Source: the human T2T-CHM13v2.0 reference genome, Homo sapiens
NCBI RefSeq assembly: GCF_009914755.1
Contig: NC_060929.1
Direction: 5' to 3' (one strand)
DNA length: 64,000 nt
The position numbers were made by a program, and so were the translations under genes. The notes beneath the pieces are model-generated. The model saw only the letters and a program-made list of their open reading frames with translations. It had not been told where the DNA came from and searched no databases. Each line of letters opens with the position of its first letter. Positions within the stretch are counted from its first letter, which is position 1. Positions 26,216 to 40,770 of the stretch are shown here, in pieces.

Positions 26216-27339
26216 TTTGAAGCAGCCACACTGAGCATGAGCCCCAAGCAGTTGGTGCACGGGGGTGCACCGCCTGTGTAACTTAAAGAGCTGACAGGTG
26301 ACACCCCCACCACATTTGATCAGAAGAATATTGGGCTGAAGAGTCCATCAAGGGGAGGGAGAGAGAATTTGAAAGCAGTGGCAATAGAAGTAAGAAGTGT
26401 GGATTTAGGGTGATGTCAACAAGACAGCTGACTGGAAGTGCCTAATGCTCATGCCCCCTAACAAAAAAAGAACCAAAACAACAAACATACAACTACATCT
26501 TAACTGGAGTGACTAAAAGAGAGTGCTGGAGTACAGCAAGAGAGTGGTGGAAACCCTGGGAAGCATAGAAACTCAGGGTAGCCACATAGAGAAGGGAAGA
26601 AAATGCCTTGCCTCTGGCACCCTATCCCCCAGTCTGGAGCAGCTCAGAAACAGAAGGGGCTTCTCTCTGCTGGCAGATAAGCAGGAGGCCCCTGGAGGCC
26701 TCTGTCACTGCTGTGTATACCTGCAGTCTTGGATACTGGAGGATCCTGAAATTCTTAAAGGCCCTGAGCCCAGCTTTGGGAGATGCTTGGAGTTCACACA
26801 GCTGTGCTACTCCAGAGAAGGCTCCCTCTTCTGCCCTGCCCGCCGTGGCCCAAGCTGTTACTGTGCTGCACCATCTTGAAACTAGAGCCACTGCTAGGAT
26901 GTGTCCTGCTCCAGGGCTCCGTAGCCACTACATCTCTTCATCCCTGAGGCTCTACCATCATTGCACCATGCTCGCATACACGGTAGCATGTTGTACCCCA
27001 GCCAAGCTGCTGTAGCTCCCTACTGCCTGGGAACAAGCTGCCTAGGAGGCAATTCATCTCTCCAGTCCCAGTGGCTGCAACATCCTGGCTACTTGGAGCC
27101 TGGGTCCAGTGGAGCAGCCACATCCCCTGGACACCAGAACCAACCTGATGCCCCACACTGAGGGAATTGGAACTTCAGCCTAGGGGATCAGCCTCATCCC
27201 CGGTGCCTAAGCTCACACAATGCCTTGCCCTTTGGGAATCAAGTGCACTGGTCCAATGGAGAAGCCACACCAGAAAGGCAGAGCCATACCCCTCACTGCC
27301 TGAACCAACCTGGTACCCTGACCTGCTGGGAACCAGAGT

Positions 27340-27726
27340 CTAGGGGTCTCTTATTTTTTTCCCACAAGGAGAAGCCCCTTCTAGTTTTGAGCTGATCCTA
27401 ACTGGGGGATAGGGTGGCAGAGAGGCACGGCATTTCCTTCCCTTCTGTATGTGGCTGCCCTGAGTTTCCATGCTTCACAGGGTTGCCACCACGCCCTTGC
27501 TGTACTCCAGCACTCTCTTAGGCACTCTAGTCAAGACATAGTTGAGTATTTATTTTGGTTCTTTTTTGTTGGGGTTGGGGATAAGCATCATGCACCTCAG
27601 TCAGCTTTCTTGTTGACATCACTCTAAATCCCCACCCTTCTTACTTTTATTCCGTTATTTCAAATTTCACTTCTTCCTCTCCTTGATAGACTTTTCTTCA
27701 GCCCAGTATTCTTCTAAAAACATGTG
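27340..27726 (-). repeat. Inverted duplicate of ~26311-26695 (upstream flank plus L1 5' end)
   Basis: Reverse complement aligns colinearly, e.g. AGAAGAATA(T/C)TGGGCTGAAGA, GTGATGTCAACAAGA, GAGAGTGCTGGAGTACAGCAAG, AGAAGGGGCTTCTC. Confidence 0.93.
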
Positions 27727-29177
27727 TTCAATTGGAGCAGCTGTACCCCCCAGTGCCTAAGCCAAAGTGAAAGCCCACCCTTTGAGGAACTGGGGAACTG
27801 GGGCCCTGGCCCAGCAGAGTATCTGTCCCTCCAGGTACGTGAGCTGATGTGGCACCCTGCCTCCTAGGAAGACAAAAACTTGTTTGAGTTGTGCCACCAC
27901 ATGCTCTGGTCCTAAAAGCCACAGCACCCCTTCTTGCTGGATCTGGATCAGCCCTCTAGAGTCAAATTACTGAGGTGCTATACCTCTCTGGGGCATGGAG
28001 CCACTGTTGCCCTGCTTCCTCTTCCCTGGAGCCCAAGCCACTGCTGTGTCCTGTCATTCTTGGGTCCTTGTTGCCACCGCACCTGGCCTTGCGGAGCCTG
28101 GGTTACTTCTGTGTCCCATCACTTCAGGGTTCAGAGGCACCACTACACAGCGCCCCCTCTCCTGGTGCCCAAGTTGCCACTCTCCAGAAACCAAGCATCT
28201 TGAACACCCCGTCTCCCTTGGAGCCACGCCAGGGCTACACCCTTGTTCCCAAGATCAGAGTTACAGCTACATTCTTGTCCTCCTGTGCCTTAGCTACTGG
28301 GGAGTGCCTCAGAGTCACAGTCCTTAGCTTGGTGGAAGAGCTGCATCACCTGTGTTTCAGAGAGTAAACCCATTCAGAGAGTCTTTCCCTATGAAAGCCA
28401 CTATAAATTTGGAATAGATGACTGTTCCATCAGATGTGCAGATATCAGCACAGGAACACAAAAACCATGAGAAAGCAAGAAAACATGATGCCACCAAAGG
28501 AACACAATAATTCTCCAGTAACTAGCACCAGAGAAATGAAAATTAAGAGTTGCCTGGAAAGGAATTCAAAATAATCTTTAGGAAACTTGGTGAGATACAT
28601 AAGAATACAGATAGACAATTCAATAAAATTAGGAAAACAATCCATGATCTGAATGAGAAATTCAACAGAGATAGATATCTTAAAAAAGAAGTAAATATTA
28701 ATAGCATTCTTGGAGCTGAAGCACTCAGTGAAATAAAAATTACAACTAAGAACTTCAACAGAAGACTAGATCAAGTAGAAGAAAGACTCTCTGAGCTTGA
28801 AAAATAGGTCTTTTGAAATAACCTAGTTGAAGGGGAAAAAAGAAAAATAATGGAACAAAGTGAAGAAAGTCTACAGAACTTATAGGACATCCTTAAGTGA
28901 GCAAATTTTTGCATAAGGGAGTTCCAGATGGAGAAGAGATGAAGAAAGACACAAAAAATTAATAAAATAATGCTGAGAATTTCCCAACCCTTAGGAAAGA
29001 TACTGACATCCAGACTGATGAAACTCAAAGGTTCCAAAACAGGATCAATCAAAGAAGTCCTCACCAAGGCACAGCATAATAAAAATGTCAAAGTCAAAGA
29101 CAGAGAGAATTTCAAAAGCATCAAGAGAAAAGTGTCAAAGGGCATACAAGGGAATCTTCATTAGACTATAAGTGGAT

Positions 29178-29547
<370 letters not shown>

Positions 29548-32500
29548 CAAGACTATCAGTGGATTTCTAAGCAGAAAACTTGCAGGCCAGGAGACAATGG
29601 CGTGACATATTCAAAGTAATCAAAGAAAAAAAAAAAACCTGGCAGCCAACAATAGTATAACTGCAAGTCTGTTCTTCAGAAATGATGGTGAAATGAAGTG
29701 TTTTTCAGAAAAGCAAAAGCTGAGGAAATTTATCACCACTAGACCTACTTTACGAGAAATGCTTAAGGGAGTTCTTCAGCTGTAAACAATGAAAACATAT
29801 CATCATGAAAACATGAAAGTGTAAAACTCACTAGTAGAGGTAAATACATAGTAAAATTCAGAATACCCCATTAATGTAATGGTGGTGTGTAAACCTTTCA
29901 AACTTCTAATGTGAAGGTTAAAAGTTGGAATAATTAAAAATATACTTACAGTAAATTGTGCAGGAATATACAATATAAGAAGCTGTAAATTCTGACAACA
30001 AAATTATAAATAATGGAGGGAAGGGTAAAAGTCTAGACTATTTGTAAGTGACCAAAGTTAAGTCATTATCCATTAAAAGTAGTCTATTATAACTGTAAGA
30101 TGTTTTGCATAAGGCCCATGTTAACCACAAAGCAAAAAAAAAAAAACAAAAACAACAAAAAAAGCAAAACTACAGCAGATATACAAAGGGGAAAGAGGAA
30201 GGAATAAAAGCTTAGCACTATAGAAAATCACCAATTCACAAAGGAAGACAAACGTGAAGGAAGGGAACAAAGGATCTACAAAACAACCAGAAAACAACAA
30301 AATGACAGCAGTTAAGTTCTTACCTATCAATACTAACCTTGAATGTAAATGGATTAAACTTTTAATCAAAAGACATACTGGCTTAATGAATAAAAAAACA
30401 AGATTCAACTATATGTTCCCAATAAGAGACCCATTTTAGCTTTAAGGACGCCCATAGGCTGAAAGCGAATAAATGGAAGAAGATATTCTTTGCAACTGGC
30501 AAACAAAAGAGAGAAGGAGTGGTTAAACTTTTATCAGATAAAATAGAATTCAAGCAAAAAATCATTACAAAAGAAAAAGGTCATTATTTAATGATAAATG
30601 AGTCAACTGATCAAGAGAAACAACAATTGTAAACTTTCTTGTACCCAGTATCTGAGCACCTAAATATATAAATTGAACATTACCAAATATGAAGGAAGAA
30701 ATAGATAGCAATGCAATAATAATAGGGGACACCAATAACCCCACTTTCAACAATGGATAGACCAACCAGATGGAAAATTAATGAAGAAATATTGGATTTG
30801 AACTGCACTTTATACCAAATGACCTAGCAGACATATATAAAACTTTCAATCCAAGAGCAGTAGAATATACATTATTCTCTTGTGCACATGAAACACTCTC
30901 CAGGATAGACCATTTATTAGACCACAAAACAAGTCTCAGCAAATTCAAGAGGACTGAAATCATATCTAGTAATGCTTCTGACTACAACAATATGAAACTA
31001 GAAATCAATAACAGGAAGAATCTTGGAACATTAAAAAAATAAGTGGAACTTAAACCATATGCTCGTGAACAACCAATGAGTCAAAGAAGAAATCAAAAAG
31101 GAAATAAAGAGTATCTTGAGACAAACGACAATGAAAACAGAACATATCAAAACCTATGAGATGCAGCAAAAGTAGTTTGAAGAGGGAAGTTTATAGCAAC
31201 AAATGCCTACATTAAAAAAGAAGAAAGATTCCTAAATAAATAGCCTAAGATTACACCTCAAGGAAAGAGAAAAATAGCATACTAAATTCAAAGTTAGCAG
31301 AAGGAAGGAAATAATAAAGATCAGAACAGAAATAAATAAAATAGAGGATAGAAATACCATAGAAAGAATGAATAAAATCAAGAATTGGTTCTTGATAAAA
31401 TAAACAAAATTAACAAAACAAAACCCCTAGCTAGGCTAATAGACTAAGAAAAAAGAGAATAGTCTCAAATAAAATCAGAAATGAAAGTGGAGATATTACA
31501 ACACATGCCTCAGAAATGAAAAGGATCCTAAGGGACTATTCTGAACAATGACATGCCAACAAATTGGATAACCCTGAAGAAATGGATAAATTCCTAGAAA
31601 AATATTACCTACCAAGATTGAATCAGGAAGAAATAGAAAGCTTAAACAGACCAATAGCAAATGAAGATACTGAAGATGTAATTAAAAACCTTCCAACAAA
31701 GAATAGCATAAGACCAGATGGCTTTGCGGCTGAATTCTACCAAACATTCAGAGAAAAATTACCAATACTTCTTAAATTTTTCTGAAAAAATAGAGCTAAA
31801 AGGAATACTTCCAAATACATTTTATGAAGTCAGCATCACCTTGGTACCTAAGCCAAACTAAGAAAGACACTGTGAGAAAATAAAACTGCAGATGAATTTT
31901 TCTGATGAACATTGATGTAGAAATCTTCGGTAGAATATTAGCAAACTGAATTCAATAGCACATCAAAACAATTATGCATAATGACCAACTGGGATTTATC
32001 ACTGGCAATTAAAGCTGGCTTAACATATGCAAATAAATCAATGTGATACATCACATTAACAGAATGAAAGATAAAAACCACATGATCATCTCAATTGGCA
32101 TGAAAAAAGCATTTGCCTTTCTTTATGGTTTAGGCATAGAAGGAAAGTTCCTCAACATAATAAAGGCCATTAAAAAAAACCCACAGTTAAAATTTCAATG
32201 AACAGGGAACAACTGAAAGCTTTTCCACTAAGATCTGGCACAAAGCAGGAATGCCCACTCTTGCCACTTCTATTCAATATGGTACTGGAAGTACAAAAGC
32301 AATCAGACAATAAAAATCAATAAAAGTATCCAAATCAGAAAGGAAGAAGTGAAATTATTTGCAGATGACATAATCCTCTATGTAGAAAACCTTGAAGATA
32401 ACACAGAAAAATTATTAAAACTAATAAGTGAAATCAGTGAACTTGCAGGATACAAAATCAACATACAAATATTGGTAGCTTTTCTATATACAAATAGTGA

Positions 32501-33917
32501 CCTAGCTGAAAAAGAAATCAAGAAAATAATCCAATTTAAAATAGCATAAAAAATACTTAGGAAAATTTTAATCACATAGGTGAATAATTTGTGCACTGAA
32601 AACTCTAAAACATTGCTGAAAAAATTGAGAGTCACAAATAAATGGAAAGATATCTGTGTTCATGTATTGAAAGAATTAATATTGTTAAAATATCCCTACT
32701 ATCCAAAGTAATATACAAATTTACCACAACCCTTATCAAAATTCCAATGGCAATCTTCACAGAAATAGAAAAGAAATCTTAAAATGTACATGCAATCACA
32801 AAAAACCTTGAGTAGCCAAAGTAATACGGATAAAAAAGTTGGAGGCATCACACTTCCTTCCTGATTTAAAATTATATTATAAAAGTACAGTAATCAGAAG
32901 AGTATGGCATGGGCATATAAACATAACATAGATCAAGAGAATATAATAGTTCAGAAATAAATCCAAACATACACAGTCAACTCATTTTGGACAAGGGCAC
33001 CAAAAGGACACAGTGGGGAAAGAATTTTCTTTTCAATAAATGGTGCTGGGAAAACTGGATTTTCCTACATGTAAAAGAATGAAATTGGATCCTTATCTTA
33101 CAACATGCACAAAAAGCAACTCAAAATGGGTAAAGAACCTATATGTAATACTTGAAACTATAAAACTCCTAGATGAGAACATAGGGGAAATGCTCTATGA
33201 CATTGACCTTAGCCATGAGTTTTTTTGATATTATACCAAACTCTCAAGCTACAAAAGCAAAAACAAATGGATGTAACTACCTGAAACTAAAAAACTTCTA
33301 TACAACAAAGGAAACAATCAACAAAATGAAAAGGCAACCTATGGACTAGGATAATATACTTGCAAGCCACATATCTGATAAGGGATTAATATCTAAAATG
33401 TATAAAGAACCCTTACAACTCAATAGCAGAACTTTTTTAAATGAGCAAAGGATCTGAATAAACATTTCTCCAAAGAAGACATAAAAATGGCCAACAGGTA
33501 TATGAAAAGGTGCTTATCATCATTAATTGACAACACATAGGTCCTTTATCCATGTGCACATTGCACTAACGTGCAAGGTGAAGACTATAGTTACTAAAAC
33601 TGTACTGTATTAGGAATTTTTGTTAAGTAAATTTTAGCTGCTCTTGTCATGAAAAAGTAACAATGTGAGATGTCAGATAAGTTAATTTGTGTCACTATAG
33701 TAACTATTATCTGTATGTATCCCACAACATCATGTTATAAACCTCAAATATACTCAAAAAAATTTACTTAAGAAAGAAGTTGTGAATTTAATTCTTCTCT
33801 CCATCCAGTTCCTCTTTTTCTTTTATTTATTTTTTATTTTTCTCTTTCCTTTCTTCAGGGCTGCATGCTCCTTCTCTTTCCTTCTGCCCAGCCCCTTACA
33901 CACACTAGACCAAGAGA

Positions 33918-34011
33918 ACTGATTTAATTGCTTTGGGCTGGGACCCAGGCATTCTCATTGCTAACTCCCCCCTAGATGATTATGAAATGCATGTCTATTT
34001 GAGATATACTG
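33918..34011. mobile_element. MER5B-like fragment
   Basis: CTGATTTAATTG..GGGACCCAGGCAT..CCCCTAGATGATT..TTGAGA..ACTG. Confidence 0.55.
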
Positions 34012-34279
34012 ATTTATCATCTTAAAAAAATACTTTATTTTTGAAACAGGCTTATTTCAACACCTAGATTTGCTATATGCAATTAAATTCATAATATTGA
34101 TTCTTGTTGATGATAACCAACATCTCACATGTAACAAAGCTGATCCTATTCCACACCGCTGCAGAATGTAGCATCCTTGTCACCTGGACTCCTAGGTGAA
34201 AGCCTCCCAGCTGGACTCCTTCCCCACAGCCCCTCCTCACACCATGGCCAGTTCTCTAGGTTCTGGAGAACCTGTGGCG

Positions 34280-34360
34280 CTGGTATCACTGGGAGCTTGA
34301 GACGCAGAATTCTAGGCCTTGTCCCAGATCTAGTGAACTCAAATCTGCATTTTAACAAGG
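34280..34360. mobile_element. MER5A fragment
   Basis: ATCACTGGGAGCTTG..GCAGAATTCTAGGCC..CCCAGATCTA..AATCTGCATTTTAACAAG. Confidence 0.7.
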
Positions 34361-35369
34361 GCCCTACCTTCACATTTCTGGGGCAATATTTTAAAACACA
34401 GTTCTTTCCAGTGACTCTCTGGGTACCCCCTGTGTTGTGCTCCTTATTTTGTGTGTCTGGAGTCCAGCTCAGGGCTCCCGTGTCTGCTGAGGACAATGGA
34501 GGGAGGGACCTGCTTTCCTTCCCAACACTTTGCCCGAATCATTCTGCGGTTTTCAGTCTGCCAGATGGTGGCATGACTTCCTTCATCGTATGAAACTGTG
34601 CACCGGTGGGTGGAAATTTTTCCCTGAAGAAGTGAAATTCTGACTAAATTAATTTGCTTTTGGGTCTGCACTGATTTCTGAACATCAGGATAGGTAGCAG
34701 GGGTCAGCATGGTCCTGAAATTCTCATTTAGGTTGCCTCGATGGGTATCGCGGCTTGTGTTCCCCATGGAGCACCTTGCATTCTGGGTGTCAGCCTTCTG
34801 CTCACAGATGGCCTCTTCAGCACAGCGCTCCGGCCGTGACGGGCCTCTGTTGCTCCTTTCTAGAATATCTTCTTGACAGCCCAGGTTTCATAAATGTCCT
34901 CATCGATGAATGGAAGTATCTGTATTCAAAAATGAACATGCCAAAGGCAGCTCGGACTATTTTTCCCCCTGCAGCTTCCTGTCATTTGTGGTGTTCTCTT
35001 CATAAACCGCAGGGCTCGGCAGTAACGAGCGGCTGTTTACAGAGCCCTGGCTGTAATTAAGTCAAATTGGGTCTGCTCTCTGAGTATGGTGAGGAAATAT
35101 ACTGACATCCATTATGTACAAGCTGGATGGGGGAAAAACACAATTCTTGTCGGTTTTGATACATGTTCAAGCTGGAGGACATGTGAAGGAAGAAAAACTT
35201 TTGTGGATCAAAATAATGTGTTATGTTAGAAGCAGAGCTGCCAAGGAGCTCCTGGCATTGAGGTCAGGAAGAGAAGGGAGGAAAGGCCAGCTATCTAATA
35301 CTTTCCGTGTGAATGTCCCAGAAATATCTCATCCTAAAAGTTGATATTGCCCTGGATTCTACCCTGATC

Positions 35370-36042
35370 ACTCTTTATCACATAACTCTGTTTTTCTTTT
35401 TCATAGAATTGATCACAATCTGAAGTAATCATATTGATTTATTTGGTTACTTACTTATTGTTTGTCTTCTCCTCTAGAAAATTGAAGCTACATGAGAATA
35501 GAGACCTTACGTTTCGTGCTGTTGCTATACTTAATGCTTGGTATGGTGACTAGAAAATACTAGGAGCTGTATTAGTTTTCTGTGGCTGCCATAACAAATT
35601 ACTAAAAACTAGGTGGCCGGAAACAACAGAGATTTGCTCTCTTGCAGTTCAGGAGGCCAGAAGTCCAAAATCAAGGTGCTGGCAGGGTTGGTTCCTTCTG
35701 GAGACTCCGAGGCACAATCTGTTCCAGGCCTCCCTTCTAGTCTCTGGTGGTTGCTGCCAATCCATGGGGTTAAATCCTTGGCCTGTAGCTGTATCACTCC
35801 AATCTCTGCCTCCACCATCATGTGGCCTTATTCCCTGTATGTATCTCTGTGTGTCATCTCCTTTTCTTATAATGACATCAGTCATTGGATTTAGAATCTA
35901 CCCTACTCCAGTATGACTTCATCTTAACTTAATAATTACATTTGTAAAGACCCTCTATCCAAATCAGGTCATATTCTGAGGTTTGAGGTAAACACTATTC
36001 AATGCACTATAGATGCTCAACAAACATTTGTTGAATAAATGA
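35370..36042 (+). mobile_element. L2 3' end interrupted by an MLT1 LTR
   Basis: AAGCTACATGAGAATAGAGACC before the LTR; TGCTCAACAAACATTTGTTGAATAAATG after it. Confidence 0.65.
35568..36011 (-). mobile_element. MLT1B-like MaLR solo LTR
   Basis: TGTATTAGTTTTCTGTGGCTGCCATAACAAATTAC..GGAGGCCAGAAGTCCAAAATCAAGGTG..ACACTATTCAATGCACTATA. Confidence 0.88.
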
Positions 36043-38467
36043 GCCATATGAAGTTTCCTGTGAGCTTCGGGGTTTAAGCTCAAGGGCAAATGGAGGACAA
36101 AAAAAGGAAGAGGCTACTTTTGGTTCTAAATAATCTAGAGGGCAGCTCAACCTTGTTTGCTGAGTGCAAAAATCCCATTGTTCTCAGAAATACTCTAGTA
36201 GGAAGACATTGGGGAGCAGACATTGTTCTTTAACTATGGGAAGGTCGGTGGATTTCTAAGCAGAAGCAGCTATAATGTTAGCAAGGCTCTTGGACTAATC
36301 TACTCATGTATAACTGGGGGCTCTGACACTGGACCCAGAGCTGGGGTTCCCCTCAAGCTGTGTGAGCTTGGGGCACCAGCAAACAAAGATGTCAAAAAAA
36401 ATGACAGCATTTTGAGAAAGTATTTGAATTAAAAATTTGTTTGAGAAAACACCAAAATCATCATCATGATAAAAACGATAATTTAGTTGGATTACTTTAT
36501 ACTTATTCTTTAAAACTGTTTTAATTTTGAATCCCACATGATCTAGGGACACTGTAATATTCTCAGTGCTCTCCAGTGGTTTTAATCCAGGCCTTATTGA
36601 ACCCCCATACTTCTGAAACCTCCATCAGAATAAAGCAGGGGCCAGGGAAGATAGCTGCTCTTTGTATGCTGCTGGCAGTTTCTGTTTAGCTGGAGGTTTA
36701 AGTTGACTAATCAAGTCTGTAAATCAGTGCATGTGAGAAAAAGCCAAAATCAGATTCTGGACCATGGGAAGTCAGGAAGCTGTGCTTGATAATATGGAAG
36801 TCACCCTTCTTGAAGTCAGAATGGCATCTCTGAGAGACGATGACCAGAAGGCCAACCAGTGACCAAGGGCAAAGAGGAAGCTGTGTTCTAACGGAGATGC
36901 TCAGGGGTCCTGGGCTCCCTGAAGTTCAACCAGAGTAAAGTAAGATCTCCCTTCCATCACCCACAACAGTTGGGTGGCCTGAGAAGACTGAGGCATAAGC
37001 TGATCACACCTTCTATGGAATGGCCTGGTTTGTGGATCCTTTGGTGGGAAATGTTCTGTTTAAGGTTTTTATTCTACATGGTTATTCCCTTGGGTATGGT
37101 ATCCCCTGAATTATCTATTGTTAGACATCATATCCTGGGCTCAGTCATTTTTGAGATTGCTAATGCTTAGGAAGAAGTAATTCAGGGAAAAAGATAACAG
37201 TCTGGACAGCTGTTGTGGGTTGGCAAGAATTGACCCACTGGAAGGGAAGAGTCACTGAGAACAAGATGGCTCATTGAGGTGGCAAGTGACAGCCAGGACT
37301 GATTTGTGTAATGTGTAAGTATCTCCAGAGAGATTGAAGGGATAAACTTTTCAAAAGACTGCACTTGATTTCTTGAAGTTCTGCAGAATGGGTTCTCAGA
37401 CTACTGGGTATTGAAGGCAGAAATGACTTGTGACAACTTAAGTGTTGGGAAACCTGGATTGCACACTCTAATTCAAATTCTTCCAAAGTTACTGGCTTTT
37501 CATGTATCTTGATTCAACTTGTCTGCTGTTGGCATTTTTTTTCTCATCTACCATTATTCATTGACCACAACTAATTCATTTCTCCAATTGATCTGTGTGT
37601 TGTCAATAAATTGCCACATCAACAACCATTGTACCAGCAAAGTGAGGCTTAGCTGTTGAGGTCTGACAGCTAGCTTAAACAACGCTGTGTGTGGGACTCC
37701 TTGGGGACTGGGACTTTGCCAAGTCCTGAAAGGCAGTAAATGATGTTTACTCACAGACGTGCTGGCTGTGGTAAGGTATTGCATGGAAGAATAATTAGCA
37801 TATGATTTTTAAAGAGTTTCTTAATTCAGAGGAGCTGTATTTGTTTTTATGTAAGTAACAGAGAATGTCCTGTTCAGCGGACTCCAGAAATGAATGCTTC
37901 AAAGCATGTGACCTCTTAGAAAAGAACTGGAAATTTGCACACATTTGCATTGCATGATTATCATACTTGTGAGTAAAACAGGAACATGGACAACTGTAGT
38001 GCCTGACCCGTCGCACCCTCCCCTTACGGTGAGGAGAGCTGCTCTGTTCTAGGGTGACTGAGGTTCCTGCACATGCAGAGCCTCTTTGGACACGTAGTTA
38101 ATCTCAAGGACCCCATTTGCGTTTGAGTCAATAACATCTTTGGTTCCCAGCAGAAGGCTGAGTGTGAACTTTCTATGGGCCCTGACAACAGCTGGGGATT
38201 CCTTTCCTTCCCCTTCTGTTTTCCTGCCTCCCACAACCTCCCAGGAGGCAGGATAAAAGAGTGCGGCGTGGCTTTTCCTTTCTTCTCTAGCTTTGATTTC
38301 CTCCTCTTCCTTTGTGTTTCTGAATACTTTAAAACAAGCAAACAAATAAAGTATAACTCATGCCCTCCTAAGCCTTGCTGTCCTTCCTGGTGCTTTCCCC
38401 CTTTATTGCCCTACCTTATTTTCCTGCTGACTTGTTTCTCAGTTCCTCAATTCTCTTCTCTCTCTTC

Positions 38468-38945
38468 ATATTAGTTAGGATTTGGGTTTGGCTGCTTCAA
38501 AGTAGAATAAATAACAGTGGCTCAAACTAGATCAAAGTGGATTTCTCTCTCATATAACAGTATGAGCTGGTAGGTGATCAGAGGAGTGGTGCAGTTGGCT
38601 CTGCGTGGGGGTCTAGGAACCCAGGCTCCTTGTAGCTTGTCCTGCCATTCCGTAGCGGGGTTGCTCTCATGCTCTTGGTCAATGTTGACACTCCATGACC
38701 TCTACATCTGAATTCTCTTCTGAAGAAAGGAAGAGGGAAGATGTAGAGGTAAAGGGCAACCTGGTAGGTCCCGGAAATTGCATTTAGCACTTCCACTGGC
38801 ATCCTTTTTGTTATGTTTAGGCACAAGAGAGTTTGGGAGAAGTGGTGGTGGCCAAGCACTCAGGTAAAACTCATGGGGCTCTATGATTAAAGAGAAGAAG
38901 TGGAGAATGATGTGAGGAGACACGAAATAGGAGGTTAGCTTGTCA
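38468..38945 (-). mobile_element. Old MLT1 (J/L-like) LTR
   Basis: TTAGTTAGGAT..TAACAGTGGCTCAAAC..TTTCTCTCTCATATAACAG..GGAACCCAGGCTCCTT. Confidence 0.65.
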
Positions 38946-39924
38946 AAATACTAGCTTATGCAGTGGGAAGGAGAAGAGAAAGAAATACAAAGTATTTCAG
39001 AAGGATGCCTCAGCAAAACAGCCCCAGTCTTAGTGTGTGGATGTAGTCGGGCTGCATCTTTAATTTATGCTGAGTGCTCTGTGTAGAAGACCAGAATTTA
39101 CTTTAAAAACATAAATTTAATATATCTGAAAGGTCTCCTTCCTATTGAGTAAAATCAGAGTGCAGATCAATAACGGCTTTCTGGTCAGTCTGCCTGAATC
39201 TTGTCAGAGCTGGGTCCACCTAGGAATGTTGCTAAGTAGGTGCGATGTGTTTTAATTTCGTGGCTCTTTTTGCTAAGCTGTCAGTATGAGTCCCAGTGGG
39301 GAGAGCAAGTCATAGTACATGGATGTATTTCCAATTGGTTAGCTGAATATTTAAACCCTTTTATACAGACTGGTAAATAGCCCTCGGATGGTAGTGACTT
39401 GTAATTGCAGCTGACAAGGAGAAAACAATAATGGAGCCAGTTATTTAGATTACATCTCTTCAATCCCTTGGAGCAATCTAGTCATTTAGAAGAGTCTGCC
39501 ATTCAGGATGCATAATTTCTAAACTAAAGGTTCTTATTAAATTTGCACTGGGCAGCTCTGGTGAATGAATGCATTGGTAAAAATCCTTTGATGTTCTGGA
39601 CGCTTTTTAGCAACCGGTTAGTCCCCGTGGTTTCTCTCCTATAATTGTGCACAGCAGGCTGACGTGAAGAGCATAACCTTTTTTTTTGAGGTGTGAAAAT
39701 GCATTAACTTGCGCTATTATTTTGAAGTCATGGCTACTGTTGGGGTGAGCAATATGGAATAAATATACACCCTTGAGTCTTCACTGTTATGAGCTTTTGT
39801 AACCTCTTCTGTTCTCCCTTTTCCTGAAAACACCCTTGCAATTACTTCTTTTTAGGCTTTAAAGAAAAAATTTTGGGTGGTAATATATATCAGAATAAAG
39901 CACCAACTTTATTTTCAGGATTAC

Positions 39925-40040
39925 ATTCATTTATTTATTAAACATTGATTGAACAGTGACTGCATGCTGAGCCCTGTGCTGAGTATAAGTAAATGAAGAC
40001 AAATAGGACATAAACCATGCCCTTAAGAAACTCACATATT
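39925..40040 (-). mobile_element. L2 tail
   Basis: CATTCATTTATTTATTAAACATTGATTGA..CCTGTGCTGAG..TGCCCTTAAGAAACTCACA. Confidence 0.6.
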
Positions 40041-40770
40041 ATGAGTAAGATAAATTAGTGTTACCATATTGCATGGTTTCTTGATTGTAATAAATAAGGG
40101 AAAAGCAATTTGTAATTCATATAAATTATCCAGATATAAATGATAACCCCTTCAAAACACTAGTTGCACATATAATCTTTTACTATCATGCATGCTTGCT
40201 TTGCATGATAAAGATGTTAAAGAGAAAATCTGCTTTTATTATAGGCATCAATATTCAAACTCTAAATTATTCTGCTAAAGGCTTGCAACACCAAATTTGA
40301 TTTATTTTCATGGCATCTGGGACATTTCAAAAGCCTGAGATACTGTGGCTACTGACACTGTAGGCTTACCTGCATTGCCTTTATTCCTCCCTTTTCACCT
40401 TATTTTGCAGTGAGAAAGGTGTCTCTATTCCTATCCAAGGTTAATTTTTGTCCACTTTTTTCTTAGTCCAATCTTTTCCTACTGCTCCAAGATGTCAATC
40501 TTGAGTCCTTGTCCACCTTTCTGCTTCTACAGGAGGTTCTCTGCCTACTAGGGCAAATTCCACCAAGATGTCAATGTGCCAGAAACTCTCCATAATAAAA
40601 TATTCTCTTTCTCAACCACATGCCCCCTCTGGTAATTGCCCTATCTCTTGCCTTCTCTTCATATCCAATCTTCTAGAATGAGCTATTTACACAGATTTTC
40701 CCCTTTTTTTTTTTCCTATGTCATTGCTACCATCCACAAATCCAGCCTTATCACTTCGCTGAAGATTTCT

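Noticed and set aside
36330-36595. Possible hAT-Tip100-like DNA transposon remnant
   Set aside because: Only vague terminal similarity; family and ends cannot be supported without a search
37480-38050. Enhancer-like unique sequence with octamer, SOX and HOX-like words
   Set aside because: Motif density is not clearly above chance, and conservation cannot be judged from one sequence
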